Below are positions 23,601-37,240 of a stretch of 64,000 bases of DNA, in pieces. The stretch is from Trichosphaerium sp. ATCC 40318 (taxonomy: Eukaryota; Protista; Tubulinea). Both the position numbers and the translations under genes were made by a program. Below the pieces are notes generated by a model that was given only the letters and a program-made list of their open reading frames with translations, did no database searches and was not told the origin of the DNA. Every line of letters begins with the position of its first letter. Position 1 is the stretch's first letter. Location: contig JALMLS010000253.1 of assembly GCA_038496445.1 (NCBI GenBank), positions 1-64,000 of the forward strand, read 5' to 3'.

Positions 23601-26378
23601 GAGGCAGAGAAACAAAAAAACAATAGGTTTGTTTTACATTGCTTTTTTATTTTCTAAGTGTTGTTTAAGAGCGTAGTGTCAAGATAAAGGGATCAAGCCG
23701 TGGGCGTTTTAGTTTTCAATACAAAGCAACAATTGGAGCTGATTTTCAAACTGCTCAAGCTACTTTGGCTCATGGCAAAAAAGCACTTTTCCAATACTGG
23801 GACACAGTCAGTCACGTGTATATAGATTCTTTTTCTCTTACTTTTTCGGGTAGGCTGGTCAAGAACGGTTTCACAGCTTGGGCCGTGTTTACTACAGAGG
23901 AGCCTCATCGGTACAAGTAAAAGGTGTTTACACACGTTGACTTATTTATTCTACAAGGTGTTCTTTGTGTATGATGTGACCTTACCTGAGACTCTTAAAA
24001 ATATTGAAAACTGGAATGACGAGTTTACAATACAAACAGCCGATAGCACTGAGACTGTAGTTAAAATATTGCTTGGCAACAAGGTATGTGCTTCAGCTGA
24101 TAAGTGGTTGATATTGATCATTGCTTTGTTTTATGTAGATTGACCTGGTGAAGAAGATGGCTGTAACCAAAGCTCAAGGAGATAAAGTAGCAAAAAAACT
24201 GGATATGCTACATTTTCGTGTTTCTGCCAAAACACGTGATGGTTTAGAAGAGGCTGTTGCAACATACTTCGAAGGTCTGTATTAAATTTAATTGCTTTTG
24301 GTTGATTTTATTGAGTGTAGAGTCATACATGGCACTTTATAGAGATGGTTCTACAAGCGGAGATGCTTATTTCAAAAGTAGTGTTGTGTTATTTTGTCTG
24401 ATCTTATTTACTTTTACTCTAGCACTCTTTCTTGGTGATAGTGGTGTTGGAAAGGTATCTTTTCTGTTTTAATCAGAACTAAATATTATTGTAGACATCA
24501 TTGACAAAGCAAATATCATACAGCTACAACGCTGACCTTTCAGAACTTTCAAAACAGTTTCCTCTTTCTGAGACAAAAAAGAAGATTCCAATACAAAACA
24601 AAAAACAACCACAAGCGTCTAAGTGTACCAACGCTTGCTTACTCTTCCTACAGTTTTTCACAGCAATATTGATCATGTTGTCATTGATTGTTATTGCTTG
24701 GAAATTTTCAATATTGGCGTCAGTGCTGCAATGGATTCTTTACGGATTTGGTTACATTGCTATAGTAGTTGTTGCTATGGTAGTGGTTTCGCACTTGAAG
24801 TACTCCAAACTCATATCTCCTCGACCTACGGAACCCAATATGCCTTCATCATACTCAAGCACATCTATCATCGAAGAGCCAGTGGTAGCAAAGAGTGAAA
24901 GTGGAGACACTAAAACTATTACAGTCAGCACAAATCCAGTTGTGATGGATTCTTTTGAGGGTAATCATGGGGCGTACTGGAAGTGTCTGTTCGAAAAAGT
25001 GGCTGTATTAGATTCCAAAGATGCCAGCACTAATACGTTATTTCCTGAAAGTAATTATTTGAGTAACACCCGGAATGTATGGATTCAAGACACTTGTTTT
25101 TTTTCTTTTGTTCAATTGCTTTGAGACTAATCTATTGCTGTAGGCTTTTGTTTTCATTCAACATACCTCGGAAGAATCCTACAAGCACCGCTCAGCATTT
25201 GTTAAAGTGAATGCGTCTGTAAGAAAGGTGTACTTATCATCGTCGCCTCTTATTTATGTACACACAAAGGTATGTTTGTAGAACCCTTTATTAGACTCAT
25301 CATTGTGAATAGTTCAAAACCAGAGAACAAGTGATGAGGGCGTACCAATTGCAGCATTCAAGGAGTAGTTTTGATCCAAGGTTTATTGTTGACTTTGCAT
25401 TGTTGCTATTTGAACAAAACTTGAAGAAAGAAGCCATACGCGTTATGAGTACACTATTAGACTTTAGTCTCGATAAACCGCAGTATCTAAGGTACTAGAT
25501 CATTCATCAAACAAAAAAGAAATTACAATTAAATCACGTGATAGGCTGTTCGCTTTTTTTCTTGAAGAGTTTGGGGATAATACGGAGGCATTACATGTTT
25601 ATAAAAGGCTTCAAGAAATGCGCCCAGAAGAGCCACAATCACATAGGGATGTTGCAAATACACAAGCGCTTTTAGGTTTATATAACGAAGCGTTCGAGAA
25701 CTACAAAACTGTTTTACAAAAGAAATGGGATGAAAGGTTCAAGTATGTTACCTTTTTTTTTTCTTTTGCTTCCCATTCTTACTGTTTTTTTCAAGCCAAG
25801 TGGAGACGGTGTGTTTCATGGATATGTGTGGTGTAGCATCAGAGCGTCTTAGCAGTACCTTGTGTGAAGATAATATTGGGGTGGTTGATCTTATTAGAGA
25901 TCCACTTTGCGTGGATATCCGTGTAGTATGTACCTGGGACACAAGTGAAGATATTGACCTGTATATTGTTGAGGTAACCACCGTACGTTTTATTGTTGCT
26001 CACAGTTATACCTAGCCAGATAACACAGCGTGCTACTCTCTTTGTAATACGACAAGAAATGGCGGATTAATGTCACGTGATTTTTCTCAAGGCTATGGGC
26101 CAGTTGAGTATTTGGTACAATTCTTCTTTCTAAAAACTACAATAAATAAATAAGCTAACAAAATATGTAAGGTTCGAGATGCCTTACCTGGTACATATCA
26201 AGTTTGTGTTAGATTATTCTCTCCAACAACGCAAATACCAACAGGAGCAGTTACCGTTAAGATAGCAATATATACACATTTCGGAAGGCAATATGAGAAG
26301 AGACATATTGCTGTTACACGCATTGAGCCTCATCAGCATAAACAACTTGTATCCGTTGCAAACATTCAATTTGAGTAA
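20616..26378 (+). CDS. Multidomain protein: VIT - vWA-like - circularly permuted Rab-like GTPase - 2 TM - TPR - DUF2135-like C-terminus (~25 exons)
   Basis: VIT: FIFPLSEGATLCGYAVDV..KARVAFE..GNVFKARVYPIP. vWA-like: IGIYWDIS, FTDG, SGGQYFNL, ARFWAQ, FVTKGTSLIVLE. Rab motifs: YKATIGADF, WDTAGQERF, GNKID, SAK, then GDSGVGKT. Further on: RPEEPQSHRD, DIRVVCTWD..DIDLY, SRDFSQGYGPVEY. The frame can be followed through canonical short introns. Confidence 0.88.
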
Positions 26379-26501
26379 AATAAAAGTGCACTTGTCGTGA
26401 ATAACACCAAACCATGTACCGTTAAAAAAAAAAAGAAATAAAAAGAAGAAAAGTATCATCTGTGCAAATTTCTCTTTTATTATTAATATTTAAGTTCTAC
26501 C

Positions 26502-29500
26502 TCATTGCACTATAAGTATCGACTCTTCTTCATCTACAGAACAAACGTAAGTTAAAGCTACACAATAACATCAAACTATGATTATAAATTACCATCACGC
26601 AGGTTTGGTGTGCTAAGAGACCCAGTAGATGTTACATCATCATCGCTGTTAACACCGTCTTCTTCTGGTAGAGAGTACTGGTGAGAGAGTAGTGAACGCT
26701 TCTTATCACTTCCTGCAGTAGTTCGCTTTAATGCATGTGAATCATCACTCTTTCCATAACGACCCATCTCTTGAAGAATATACCAACTCTTTGGATGAAG
26801 CTGTCTGTTCAAGCTGAAAGAAAAAAAAAGTAAGAGACAGCATCTTTTATACGCTCTATAAAATTGTGTATGTGTAACGTACTATTTAAACATAAGATCA
26901 GGATTTAGGCATAGTACAAGACCAAGTACACATGTCAAATACAAGCTTGGAATCTGGAACAGCGTATCTTCATAATAAGTTAATAAAACAATATTGAAAA
27001 GAAAAACGTTAGGTCATACCTGATACTTTAAACATCCTTGGAACGTAGAGAGGGAACTGACTCTCAAGTAGGATAAACGCAACGTAAAATACAATACTTC
27101 CCCAGTATGCAATATGATTCAAGATTGTCATGTGGCTAGAGTTCAAGTACATAAGCAACAATCCAAAAAAAGAAGAAAAGAAAAAAAATCAATATACCTT
27201 GTCTCGAAAAAGATCTTAATGGTGACAACCAAAATACCAAATGTCATAATAAAAGCACCATATACATTCAATCCCATCGGATGTCCTGATTGAAGAAGTG
27301 TAGTATTTTGGAATAGAAGCGTAGGAATGCCGAAAATTACTATCAAAAAAATTAGCACATAACACCTTTTTTGAATCAGTACCTATGGAGTGCCATAGCG
27401 CATACACCAACCATGTAAGTAGACTTGTCCATTTCAAATGTTTATGGTATTTGTATACTGGAGGATTCTAAACCAAGAGTTAACTAATGAGAACAACATA
27501 GACTTGTTTTTTGTTTGGCTTTTGAAAAAATTCTGTTGTTAAAGTGTTATTACCTTGATGATTATGTGCTCTAGTAGATCCTTCTCGAACATGCCTAGTA
27601 CAAATACAGGGACAAACGTGAATAGAATATTGTAGAAACTCATAACCCAATCATCGTATAAAGTCTAAATTAAAGAGTCAACAATCATTAAAAACCAAAG
27701 GTGCATTTAATTACCGTTGCGGAGTATCCACTAAAGAAACTGAACCAGAACTGCGCCAAAAATACAGCTGCGTTCTTGTAGAACGAGTAGTAAATAACTT
27801 TGGTATTACGCAATAGAGAGTAACGACCATGTACAGTTAATAATCTTACAAGATGACTTTAAAACATGTCAAGGAAAAAAACATAGAAAAAAGGAAGAAA
27901 ACAATAGAGTAGGATACGCGAACTGTGCGATAGAGAAATCACTAGCTCTTGCCGCTTGTGAACCTTCGCGACCTTGTATACCAATACCGAGATCAGCAGC
28001 CTATGGGATATATCAGATGACGAAAGGTAGTGAAGGAGAGCAAATACCTGAATCATAGGTACATCGTTACCTCCATCACCAATTGACAGTGTTACTTTAT
28101 GGCATTCATCTTTTACCAAACGTACAACCTCCGCCTAGTAATAACGTTAATTTCCCTTGGGTAAAGCGTCAAAGGTACCTTTTGTAGCGGTGTAACACGA
28201 TTACACAATACAGAAACACATTTTGTAGCAAGCTTTAAAAACTCCTCACGATGATCGGACAGAATGAAACGTAAAGTGTTTCCGTCTACGACCAGTGCGA
28301 GTTGGTCATCATAAGCGGATGCACCCTCGTATAGAGAGTCATCATCAGCAACATCAAACTGAAGGCAGTTATATCAAGACATTCATAGATGAGTTCAAAC
28401 TAATAAAACTGAGCATACCTTTCTCTTAGTGTTAATATCATGCAACAATCTATAACACTCTTCAGATGATTTTGCGTTAACTTTGATGAGCTTCATATCT
28501 TTTGTTATGAGGTTAGATGAGTAACCAATATTAATAGCAGTTGCTTGTTTATCACCAGTAATAACCCATACTTTAATACCTAAAAACACCTCATTAGCCT
28601 CTTCATACTTGAACAACAAAAGAACTATTGAGGAAAAAAAAAACTGTACCAGCGTGTCTCAAATCTGCAATTGCTTGTGGTACACCATCTTGGAGGCGAT
28701 CTTCGATTGCTGTAGCACCAAGTAATACAATGTTTTTTTCCATCTTATCACAGACATCTTCAACCTAGTACATTTATAAATTAAAGGAATGTATTAAGGT
28801 AAAGGCATACAGCTTTATCACGATCTTCAAGAACGTTATTAGCTTCATTGTATTTCTTCCAAAAAGCTTTCCACTCGTCTTCAGTTAGATCTTTGTAACC
28901 AACAAGAAGAGTCCTAAGACCTTTTCGAAAAGAGTTAATCGAATTGTTTAGGAAAAAGAGTTGAGTACTAAAGTACTCATAAATAAATACCTCTAGTAGA
29001 AAAGTAATCCAAATCTCTATTTGTAGATAGAAGTAAAGATTTATTGTCATCTGTTTTGGCTAGTCTAGATGCAATCATAGAATCAGCTCCCTTAGTATAC
29101 AATTTAATAGCTCCTAGTAGGGATAAAAAGTTAATACAAAAGCAGTCAATGATGGAAAAAAATTACCTGAAGAGTCCCTCACAATGACGGACATACGCCT
29201 TCTCTGAGAGGTAAATTCCATTTCACAGAGTAACTCATACTTTTCTTCCGTTCCAAAAGTATTAACAACAATATTGCCTTGTTTGCGTCCTGTAAAGGTC
29301 AATCCGTTCTGTTTTGCGCCATTACAAAGCGCTTCCTCATCAGGAGAAGGAGCCTTATAAATTAATTCTAAAAAAAACCACAATCAGCCAAACTTTCTTC
29401 TCTTTGAAAGAATCTCGAAGTATTTATCGTACCACCATTCTCATCAGTATCAGGTACTACTGAATGACAAATTGCCATAAGTCTCACGAATTCTTCGACA

Positions 29501-31933
29501 TATTTAGACTGACTATTGTTTTTCTAAAAGTAAGGTAAGCAGATGTTTTTTTTTCTCATTTTTGTGAATAGATGAAATCTTTACCTTAATCTCTTGTCCT
29601 AGTATTCCGTCTCCATTCGTGTCATCATAAATCTCTCCACGAACAGAAGCTTGTACAAATCTCATCTCATTCTGAGTTAACGTCCCAGTCTTATCACTAA
29701 AGACATAGTCTATGAGAGCCAACTCATCGTTAAGATTTGATGTTTTTGCTACACAAGTTTTTCCATCGTATTTAAACTTATCATCCCACTGGATAAACGC
29801 TGCCTACGCCGTTCATAAGCCATAAAAAATACCGCAATACTAGTTAGTAATAACGTACTTGCGCAAACCGAACCATTTCCAAGGTGACAACAAGTGACAG
29901 AGGAATAAAGTAACTGAGGAGAGCGAAGTATGATAAGAAAATTTTTATGCCTTCAGTCAACAGACTGCCTCTCAAATCAAAGTGCGTTACAAAAGGACCT
30001 GTCTACACAAGTAGGTTAGTATGAATCACTCACGTAAAAAACCCTCCAAGAGGGACTAGTTCGTACCTCATGATACAAGAACATGCCTGTCAAAAATACG
30101 CAAAGACACATTTTGAATGCGAAAATAATCAAAACATATTTGTTTAGTTTTTTATCGAGTTGTGAGAACTTTGAAGGTGGTTGCTTTTGATTAAGTCCAA
30201 CTTTAGTTTCTGGACCAGCATATAACTATAGGGACAACAGCATTAGAAAAAACAATTTCATAGAAAATTTATTGTGTACCGAAACGCCAACAGCCCACTT
30301 TGTGTTTCTCAACACTGAACTCTAAAAAAAACAACGTTGAGCACGTGAAGTTCCAAATGAAAAGAAAAATCGCTTCATGAGCCTTGAATTGTACCATCAA
30401 TAGCAAACCTTTTTGATCAAGAGAAATAGGATCATCAGTACCATTAACACTCAAAGAACCTTTTAAAATAGAGTAAGTAAAGGCTGTGTTGTAAGAAAAA
30501 GTTGGTTTTTCTGTAGTTACCTTTAAAAGAGTACAATTGTTGATTTGGTGTTTCAGCGTCGACTTCGCCTCTAATTTTTGACAGTTCTTTCAATTCCATT
30601 TCAGCTACGATAACATTAAGACTCTGTTTCGGGTAAGCGATCACAGTACCTGTATGCTTAGGTGGTCGGCGTTGCTTCAAGTTTGTTTCTCTGTTAGAAA
30701 AAAAATAAATGAGCTAATCCCAATAGTTTTGCGTATTTAGATCTTACCCATCAAGCTGTGCCGTCTCAATAAAGGCCACACCATCTTCATTATCACTAGC
30801 AAGTAGGTAGCAATCTATGGGTACCCTCTCGTTGTTTTGTAGGTAAACAAGATCACCAACTTGGATTTGCATACTCTTTGTAAGAATGAGATCTCTACAG
30901 AGAAGAAAAAAGTTAGAGTTTTGACAGACTTTCCAAAAAAGGTCCATATTTATCCCTTTTCATACCCTGTGTTTGGTTCTACAACTGTAAACTTCTCACT
31001 ATTGACTTTAATATCTGCTCGTAAACGTAACTAATAAAAATAAGCGGTTACAAAGGAGAACTGAAACGAATATACCAATTTTTTTTTTCAATTTTTCAAA
31101 AAAGTCAAAAAAGAGCCGTACAATATCTTCATAAGCCTCTCTTATCGCTGCCATACCAACAATAAATACAAGACCGCTCATACTAAGTACATTATAAGTT
31201 TGTAGAATAGATAGCAACCGGAGGTTTTTTCTTTCTTTTTTTGTTTCAAAATGTTCCGTTCAGTGTACCTAGTGAGTGGATTGAACGGAGATACGCCAGG
31301 AATCCATGATATGATGCAGATCAATAGGAAATAAATACTTGTTGCTTTACGAAATTGTTCATACAAAATTCGGGGTATGTACGTGAACAGTGTGTACCTA
31401 CGACGTTGTTAATGCAACAGTTCCCAAGAATTTGAGCATCTTTCTGAACTGAGCGTTTTTGTTTTGTTGAACAATAGTGTCATGTTCTTGTGTTGATGTT
31501 AATCATACGTACTTTGTAGTGTATAGAGCATTATCAGGAAAATCAGCAATTTTATTCGCTTCCGGGTCGTTTAGTGTTATTGTAGGGTAAAAGTCTCGGC
31601 CGCCTTCCTGTAGTTTTTTTGGTAGCGTTGTGCGAAGCCTAGTAAGATTTTAGAGAAAGTATCTTTTTTTAATTCTCCAAGTCGCTCAAATTGAGCCATG
31701 AACGGCGAATTTGAACCCTGAGCAATGTACCTGAACGGCTCACGAACATATGGTTGTTCCAACGGAGCGAGAAAACCTTTCTTCCTTCGTTTTATCGTTG
31801 GTGTATCTTCAATAATCGTCCAGTCCTCATGCTCAAAATTGGCGTGGTAATCGCTTTCAGTAAGCGTTTGCCCTCTATTCTTTGCCTCAGCCTCACGGAC
31901 AGTCCGAACGCGTTTAGATTCCGTTCTATTCAT
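26502..31933 (-). CDS. P4-type ATPase (phospholipid flippase, DRS2/ATP8-like)
   Basis: Motifs [81 protein letters not shown] and YSFYKN. Confidence 0.96.
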
Positions 31934-32552
31934 GGTTCATAATAGAAGCGGGTACGCAAAAAACAAAAGTAACGGTGGGAAAATTGGGTCAAAAAACTTA
32001 AAACTAGGGTTGCCCAAAAAAAGTTTGTATTCAGTTGCATTTTTTTTTCCTAATACTACGTGGTGTAGTTGTGCATTCTCTCATGTTTTTCGGAGTACGT
32101 GAACGCCTAGATAGTTAGGAAGATATTTTTGTGTACACCAGTCTTGATTTGTTGTAAATCACGTGACGAAATACTAGGTTGATAAAGGACACCATAATTC
32201 GCCTCATGCTAACCATAAGCATCCACACCGAGTGCAAAAGATGGTATAAATAAGTTCAAAGAGTTTGCCAACCGCAAAAGGCAATCACGTGTTTTTTTAA
32301 GTGTACAGTACAACTTGCGTAATAGCAACATTAAATAGATCATGTTAATGAAGTAGGCTTCCACATAGCTACATAGTAGTACTCATATCTCCACTATGTA
32401 TCTTGGTGAGATTCACAACAAGTAAAGATCAAACAGTTGTACAGTGCAACACTTTAAACGTGATTTTTTGGGTTGTAACAAAATAAACTGAGCAGATTTT
32501 CTTTGACTATATTTTTTTGCGTTGTCCACTTCAATAACCCATAACAGTAGCC

Positions 32553-35500
32553 ATGTCGGTTGGCGAGAGGAAATTGAAAGCGAAACAGGCTAAGGTTTTT
32601 ATCGAAGACACTTTGCGCACTGAGATAAAAGGACCGCTTTTAGAGGCTCTTAAAAACGGTGTATTATTGTGCCAACTCCTGAATACGCTCGTACCTGGAT
32701 GTGTCAAGGCCTCTGGAGACTTAGAGCCTGTTGGGTGGATGGTATAAGCCAATATAAGCTTCGAATTTGTTTTGTTCTTTTATTTTTTTTTGGCTTGCGA
32801 GTACGATCACGTGGGCATAACAATGTTATTTTGTAGGCCTTGGATAATATAACTCAATTCTGCGATACGTGTAAAAGTGCTCTTGAGATACCCGAGGGTA
32901 AAGTACGTGGTATAAACGGTAGCGTTGATTAGATAAAAAATTTATGGCTTTCAAGAGAAAAAAAAAAGCTCACGGTTATTTTATTAATTTAGTTGTACTG
33001 ACCTGTTATCCCTTTTTTAGATATTCGCACCACGTGATTTATTCGATGGAACTAATCCACAAAACGTACGACATATTTTAGCATTTTTAAAAAGTTGACC
33101 AGTATGGTGAATTGGAAACCAAAAAAGTTGTTCATTGTAGACAATGGTTTTACGTTTACCAATTGTTTTTTTCATTGTTGTTTTGTTAATTACGTAATTT
33201 TTTCAATTTGGGTTTACACCTTTAATTAATTAAAACACATAGGTAATTCTTACGCTCCTTACAATACGCGACAAATACTCAAAAGACCAAAAAGGTGCGT
33301 GTTAACGAAGTAAAATAAGTTTTCAGAAAAAAACGGAGTTGTCTTTTTCTCATGTAAGTAACCTTACTTTGAATAAAGGAGAAGGTGAAAAAGAATCAAG
33401 GTCTTCAGGAAAAAAGAAAAAGAAGAGTTCCGTTTCTGGCGCTAAAAGCGAAGAGAAGTCACCAAAGAAAGCTAATAAAGCACCTACCAGCGATCAATAT
33501 AGAATGGGACCTGTCAAGGTGTTGCCGGATGAACCTTCTTTGGATAGTGACGGCACGTGAATTTTTCAAAAATCACGTGAACCAAAAAAAAAAAAAGGAC
33601 AGTCTCCAAGTGGGTAAGATATCTAATATTACTTAGATCTAGACGACAAGAAGAATACGGATTACCAGGACTTGCCTGGCAGTACGCTACATTCCGCGAG
33701 TTATTCTTTGGTTGTAATATTGCTCTAGCGAACGGTAATGGTAAAAGTAAACCGAGTGCGCGTGCAATGACCTCCAGTGAGGTGAGTGCGTTATTACCTA
33801 TTTTAATTGATGTAAGTTATTGTTGTGTATGGAAGTCTAATTTGTTTCAAAGGAATTGGGAGAAGATAATTCTGTTGAAAAGTATGTGGGCTCTACAAAA
33901 GATTTCCAATTTTTTGGGAACCACAGGCCAAGCTGACTGTTTTTTAAGAGCAGGAAAGATCACTGTCACTCCATCGCCTAAGGATAGGCACTCGAAGGGA
34001 AAGAAAAAGAGAACAAAAGACAAAGTGAAAAAGGTAAAGCAGTTTTTTTCTTTACTTTGTGCAGTTTTTGTTAATGAAATGTCTTAGCTCAAAGAAGACG
34101 ATGTAGTAGGCATAAGTTCTGAAGGTAATACAAAATATATGATATACATATTCTTACGCTCTATGAAGACAGTATTGAGATAACATCAATGACCACAAGA
34201 AAAAAAGGGTCGGTTTTTACACGTCATTAAATTTTAACATCTTTCCAGCAAAAAAAAGAGTGACCCAATAATAGACGACGTAGACGAGTAATGCCACACT
34301 CTATTGTATTTTTTACTAATGAAAAATCATAGTGAGCTTCGTGACATCATTGCAGCATTTGAAGAAGACGATGAGGAACAAGAAGTACCCAAAAAGGTTT
34401 GTCCGTTTTTGATCCAAATATTTCTTTACTAACCCAAGTTTAAGCCATCTCAACCAGCCATCGAAGTAAAGAAGAGTGCCAAACCTTTCAAGAGTGAACC
34501 AGAAGGTTCTATTTGTTTTAATTAATTCGAATTCGGTCTAAGATAATTTATATAGGCGAGAAAAAGACTGCAAAGGCAAGAAGCAGTAAGCACACGTTCA
34601 ATAGTGCCAATTCCTTACCACACTTAAATTTTGGCCCTCCAACTCTACCTGGAGATAAAAAGAGGGGTGGTGCATCGTTTTCGTCAGATAACTCAGGTAA
34701 GTAGCGATGGATGCAACGTTATTTTTTATCTCATTTATTTCTTCCTCTTTGCTTTGAAAATTTTTAAATTTGATAATTCGAAGTGTTTACGCTACTAGGA
34801 ACTACATCCGGCCCAACTGTTGGTGGTGGCTATCGTGCATCTAAAGGTCCTAGAGGTAATCTATTCTTAGTAGTTTAAAGCTTATGTTTGCCTTGAAGGA
34901 CCTCGTCGCTCTAAGATTGTTCTAACAAAACAAACAAATGCTGATGATCTTCAAATATGGCTTGCTGATCTAGGATTTGCTGCATACTCGGAAAAGGTAC
35001 CTAGTCCTGATCTTACGCTATCGTTTATTTTAATAATATCCTAGTTTGCCATGTACAGTGGAAAGGAGTTTTTACTTCTTGCAAGTACGATAAGGCTTAA
35101 ATAAATACTGCTTCAATTGGTTTTTCTTTAACATCTCCTCTAGAAAGCAATGTGTTGTACAAAGTTGTCAAACCAGAACATGCCTTCTTAATGCGTGTAC
35201 GTGATCGTTATGTATTTGTTTTTGCAACAAGCTAATCAAATGTAAAGTTATTTGTTAAAGAAGCACTCAGGTCTCAAAAAAGGTACTTTGAAAAAACAAA
35301 CTAATTGTTATATAACTTTTGTTTTACAGCGAAAACGTTGAAAAGAAAAAATCTGGTGATAAACCCCGTACTGAGATACGTGGAAAAGCTAGATCCGCTA
35401 CAATACATGGACGCATAAGAACCCACGAGAGACAACGAAGTGTAGATCCAAGAAGATCTTCAGGCACGTTTAAAAACTGACCAAAAGGAAAACCGATTTT

Positions 35501-35768
35501 TGCGTGTTGTTGCACTTATGCCTTTACTATCACGTGTTATTAACTACGAATGCTTATTTTCTATTATCTAGGATCGCGTAAGGGGCAATCAAGAGTTAAA
35601 CAAAGTACTCGTGGTGATAAACCACCAGAGCTTCACATTCCTTCAAAGTATAAGGCCTATGTAGATGCTAAGTTGACTCGCTCTAAATCACGTGGTGGTG
35701 GCGGTTCAGTACGTGCCAGAGATGACGATAGGCACCGTCGCAAGAGCTTGCACGATATTCCACTTTAA
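32553..35768 (+). CDS. Calponin-homology domain protein with low-complexity middle and SAM-like domain
   Basis: CH domain: LLEALKNGVLLCQLLNTLVPG..LDNITQF..IFAPRDLF. SAM-like: ADDLQIWLADLGFAAYSEKF..SGKEFLLL. Many micro-exons, so the internal model is approximate. Confidence 0.75.
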
Positions 35769-36081
35769 ATGTAGAGACTTTTCTTCGCGCAAAGAAAAAA
35801 GAGAAACAAAACAATATTATCGTTGTAAAATAGTCAACAGTCGCGTTTTTTTGTTCACTAATTGCTTTCAAAAAGTTCAATTTTTCAACAAAGCTCAAGT
35901 CTTGCTGCAGCAAGCTGGCTTTAATAACTCTAACTGAATATCGGTAGTGAACCACTACGCTGTAACACGTTATAAACACTTGTATTTCAGAGAATGGACT
36001 AACCCTAAAAAACACCAGTCAAACTTTTCAACGGAAGTCACGCTTCACTGCATTGTTTGTATTTTTGTTTCAAACCACAGA

Positions 36082-36912
36082 ATGAAGGTGAAGAAAATAA
36101 AGGAAGACGGAAGCTTTGGAGGGCAAACAAAAGTTGCTTTACAGCTTTTCCTTCAAAACAACGGGTTTCCTAACCACCTTGTTGATGGGAAGTTTGGTTC
36201 AGCAAGTACAAAGGTACAAAGCGCCTAAATAACGTTTTTTTTACAACGGCTTTGTTAGGCCCTTCAACGGTATCTAGATGGTCAAAATACGCTTGCTGTA
36301 CGTCCAGAAATAAATGCAATGATGATTGGAGCGTTACAGAAGTTTCTGGGGAGGTTCGCGTTTGTGCTTTTTTTGTGAAGTTTTTAACGTGGTTTCCTTG
36401 TAGTACCAATGATTGGCATGACGCACAACAGATTAAGCTCGATGGAAAGTTTGGAAGGCAAACAATTAAGTGTCTACAGAGGTTCCTTCGTAAGGCTCTC
36501 AAAGTACATGGTCTCGCTGTAAATGGTACCTCCGCCGAAACATCCGCTTTTTTTTTTTTGTTGAAGTTTTATTTTTAGTTTGACATATTTTTTACTCACG
36601 TGATAATTTCTTTACAAAGGTAATTTTGATGATAATACTATTACTCATCTACAGTCGTTTATTGACATGCAGAATATTACTCTTGGTGATGTGGATGGAG
36701 TGTGGGGAGGAAGATCAAATCGGGCTTTATGTCGCTTTTTGCGAGAACAAAAATACAACTATGTTGCTGTTGACGGCGAATGGGGTCAACATACTACTAT
36801 AGCGCTTCAGTCTTGGCTTAAAACAAAGGGATATTCAGTGGGTGTAGACGGTAGGTTTGGCAGAAAAACTGTAACTGTACTGCAAAAGTTTATCAATTCT
36901 CAAATTGAATAA
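36082..36912 (+). CDS. Tandem peptidoglycan-binding-like (PG_binding_1/PGBD) repeat protein
   Basis: About seven DGxFGxxTxxALQxFL-type units (e.g. DGSFGGQTKVALQLFL, DGKFGRQTIKCLQRFL, DGEWGQHTTIALQSWL, DGRFGRKTVTVLQKFI). Three introns. Confidence 0.85.
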
Positions 36913-37240
36913 AAATATTGTATAATTTAGAAACAACGTGTCCTCAGTAACAACCACAATTAAAAATCCTGTTGCCCACTCAGTCTGTAAAGTTTTCTTA
37001 GATCCTCAACAATGCAATATCGGCACTTAATTATAGTTTAAAGCTGCACCATAAATAAGAAATCAAGTCAATTGTCTAACGTTTCGTCAGATCGTGACAT
37101 GTCACAATATTTAACTACAGTTTACCATTTTGAAAAGCAACTCTCTGTTGAGAAAGAACACTTTTATAAGCTAGCTGAGTGTTGACTACACAGGTGGAAT
37201 TGCTTTGAAAACTTGGTTTTCAACGAAACAGAAAACAAGA

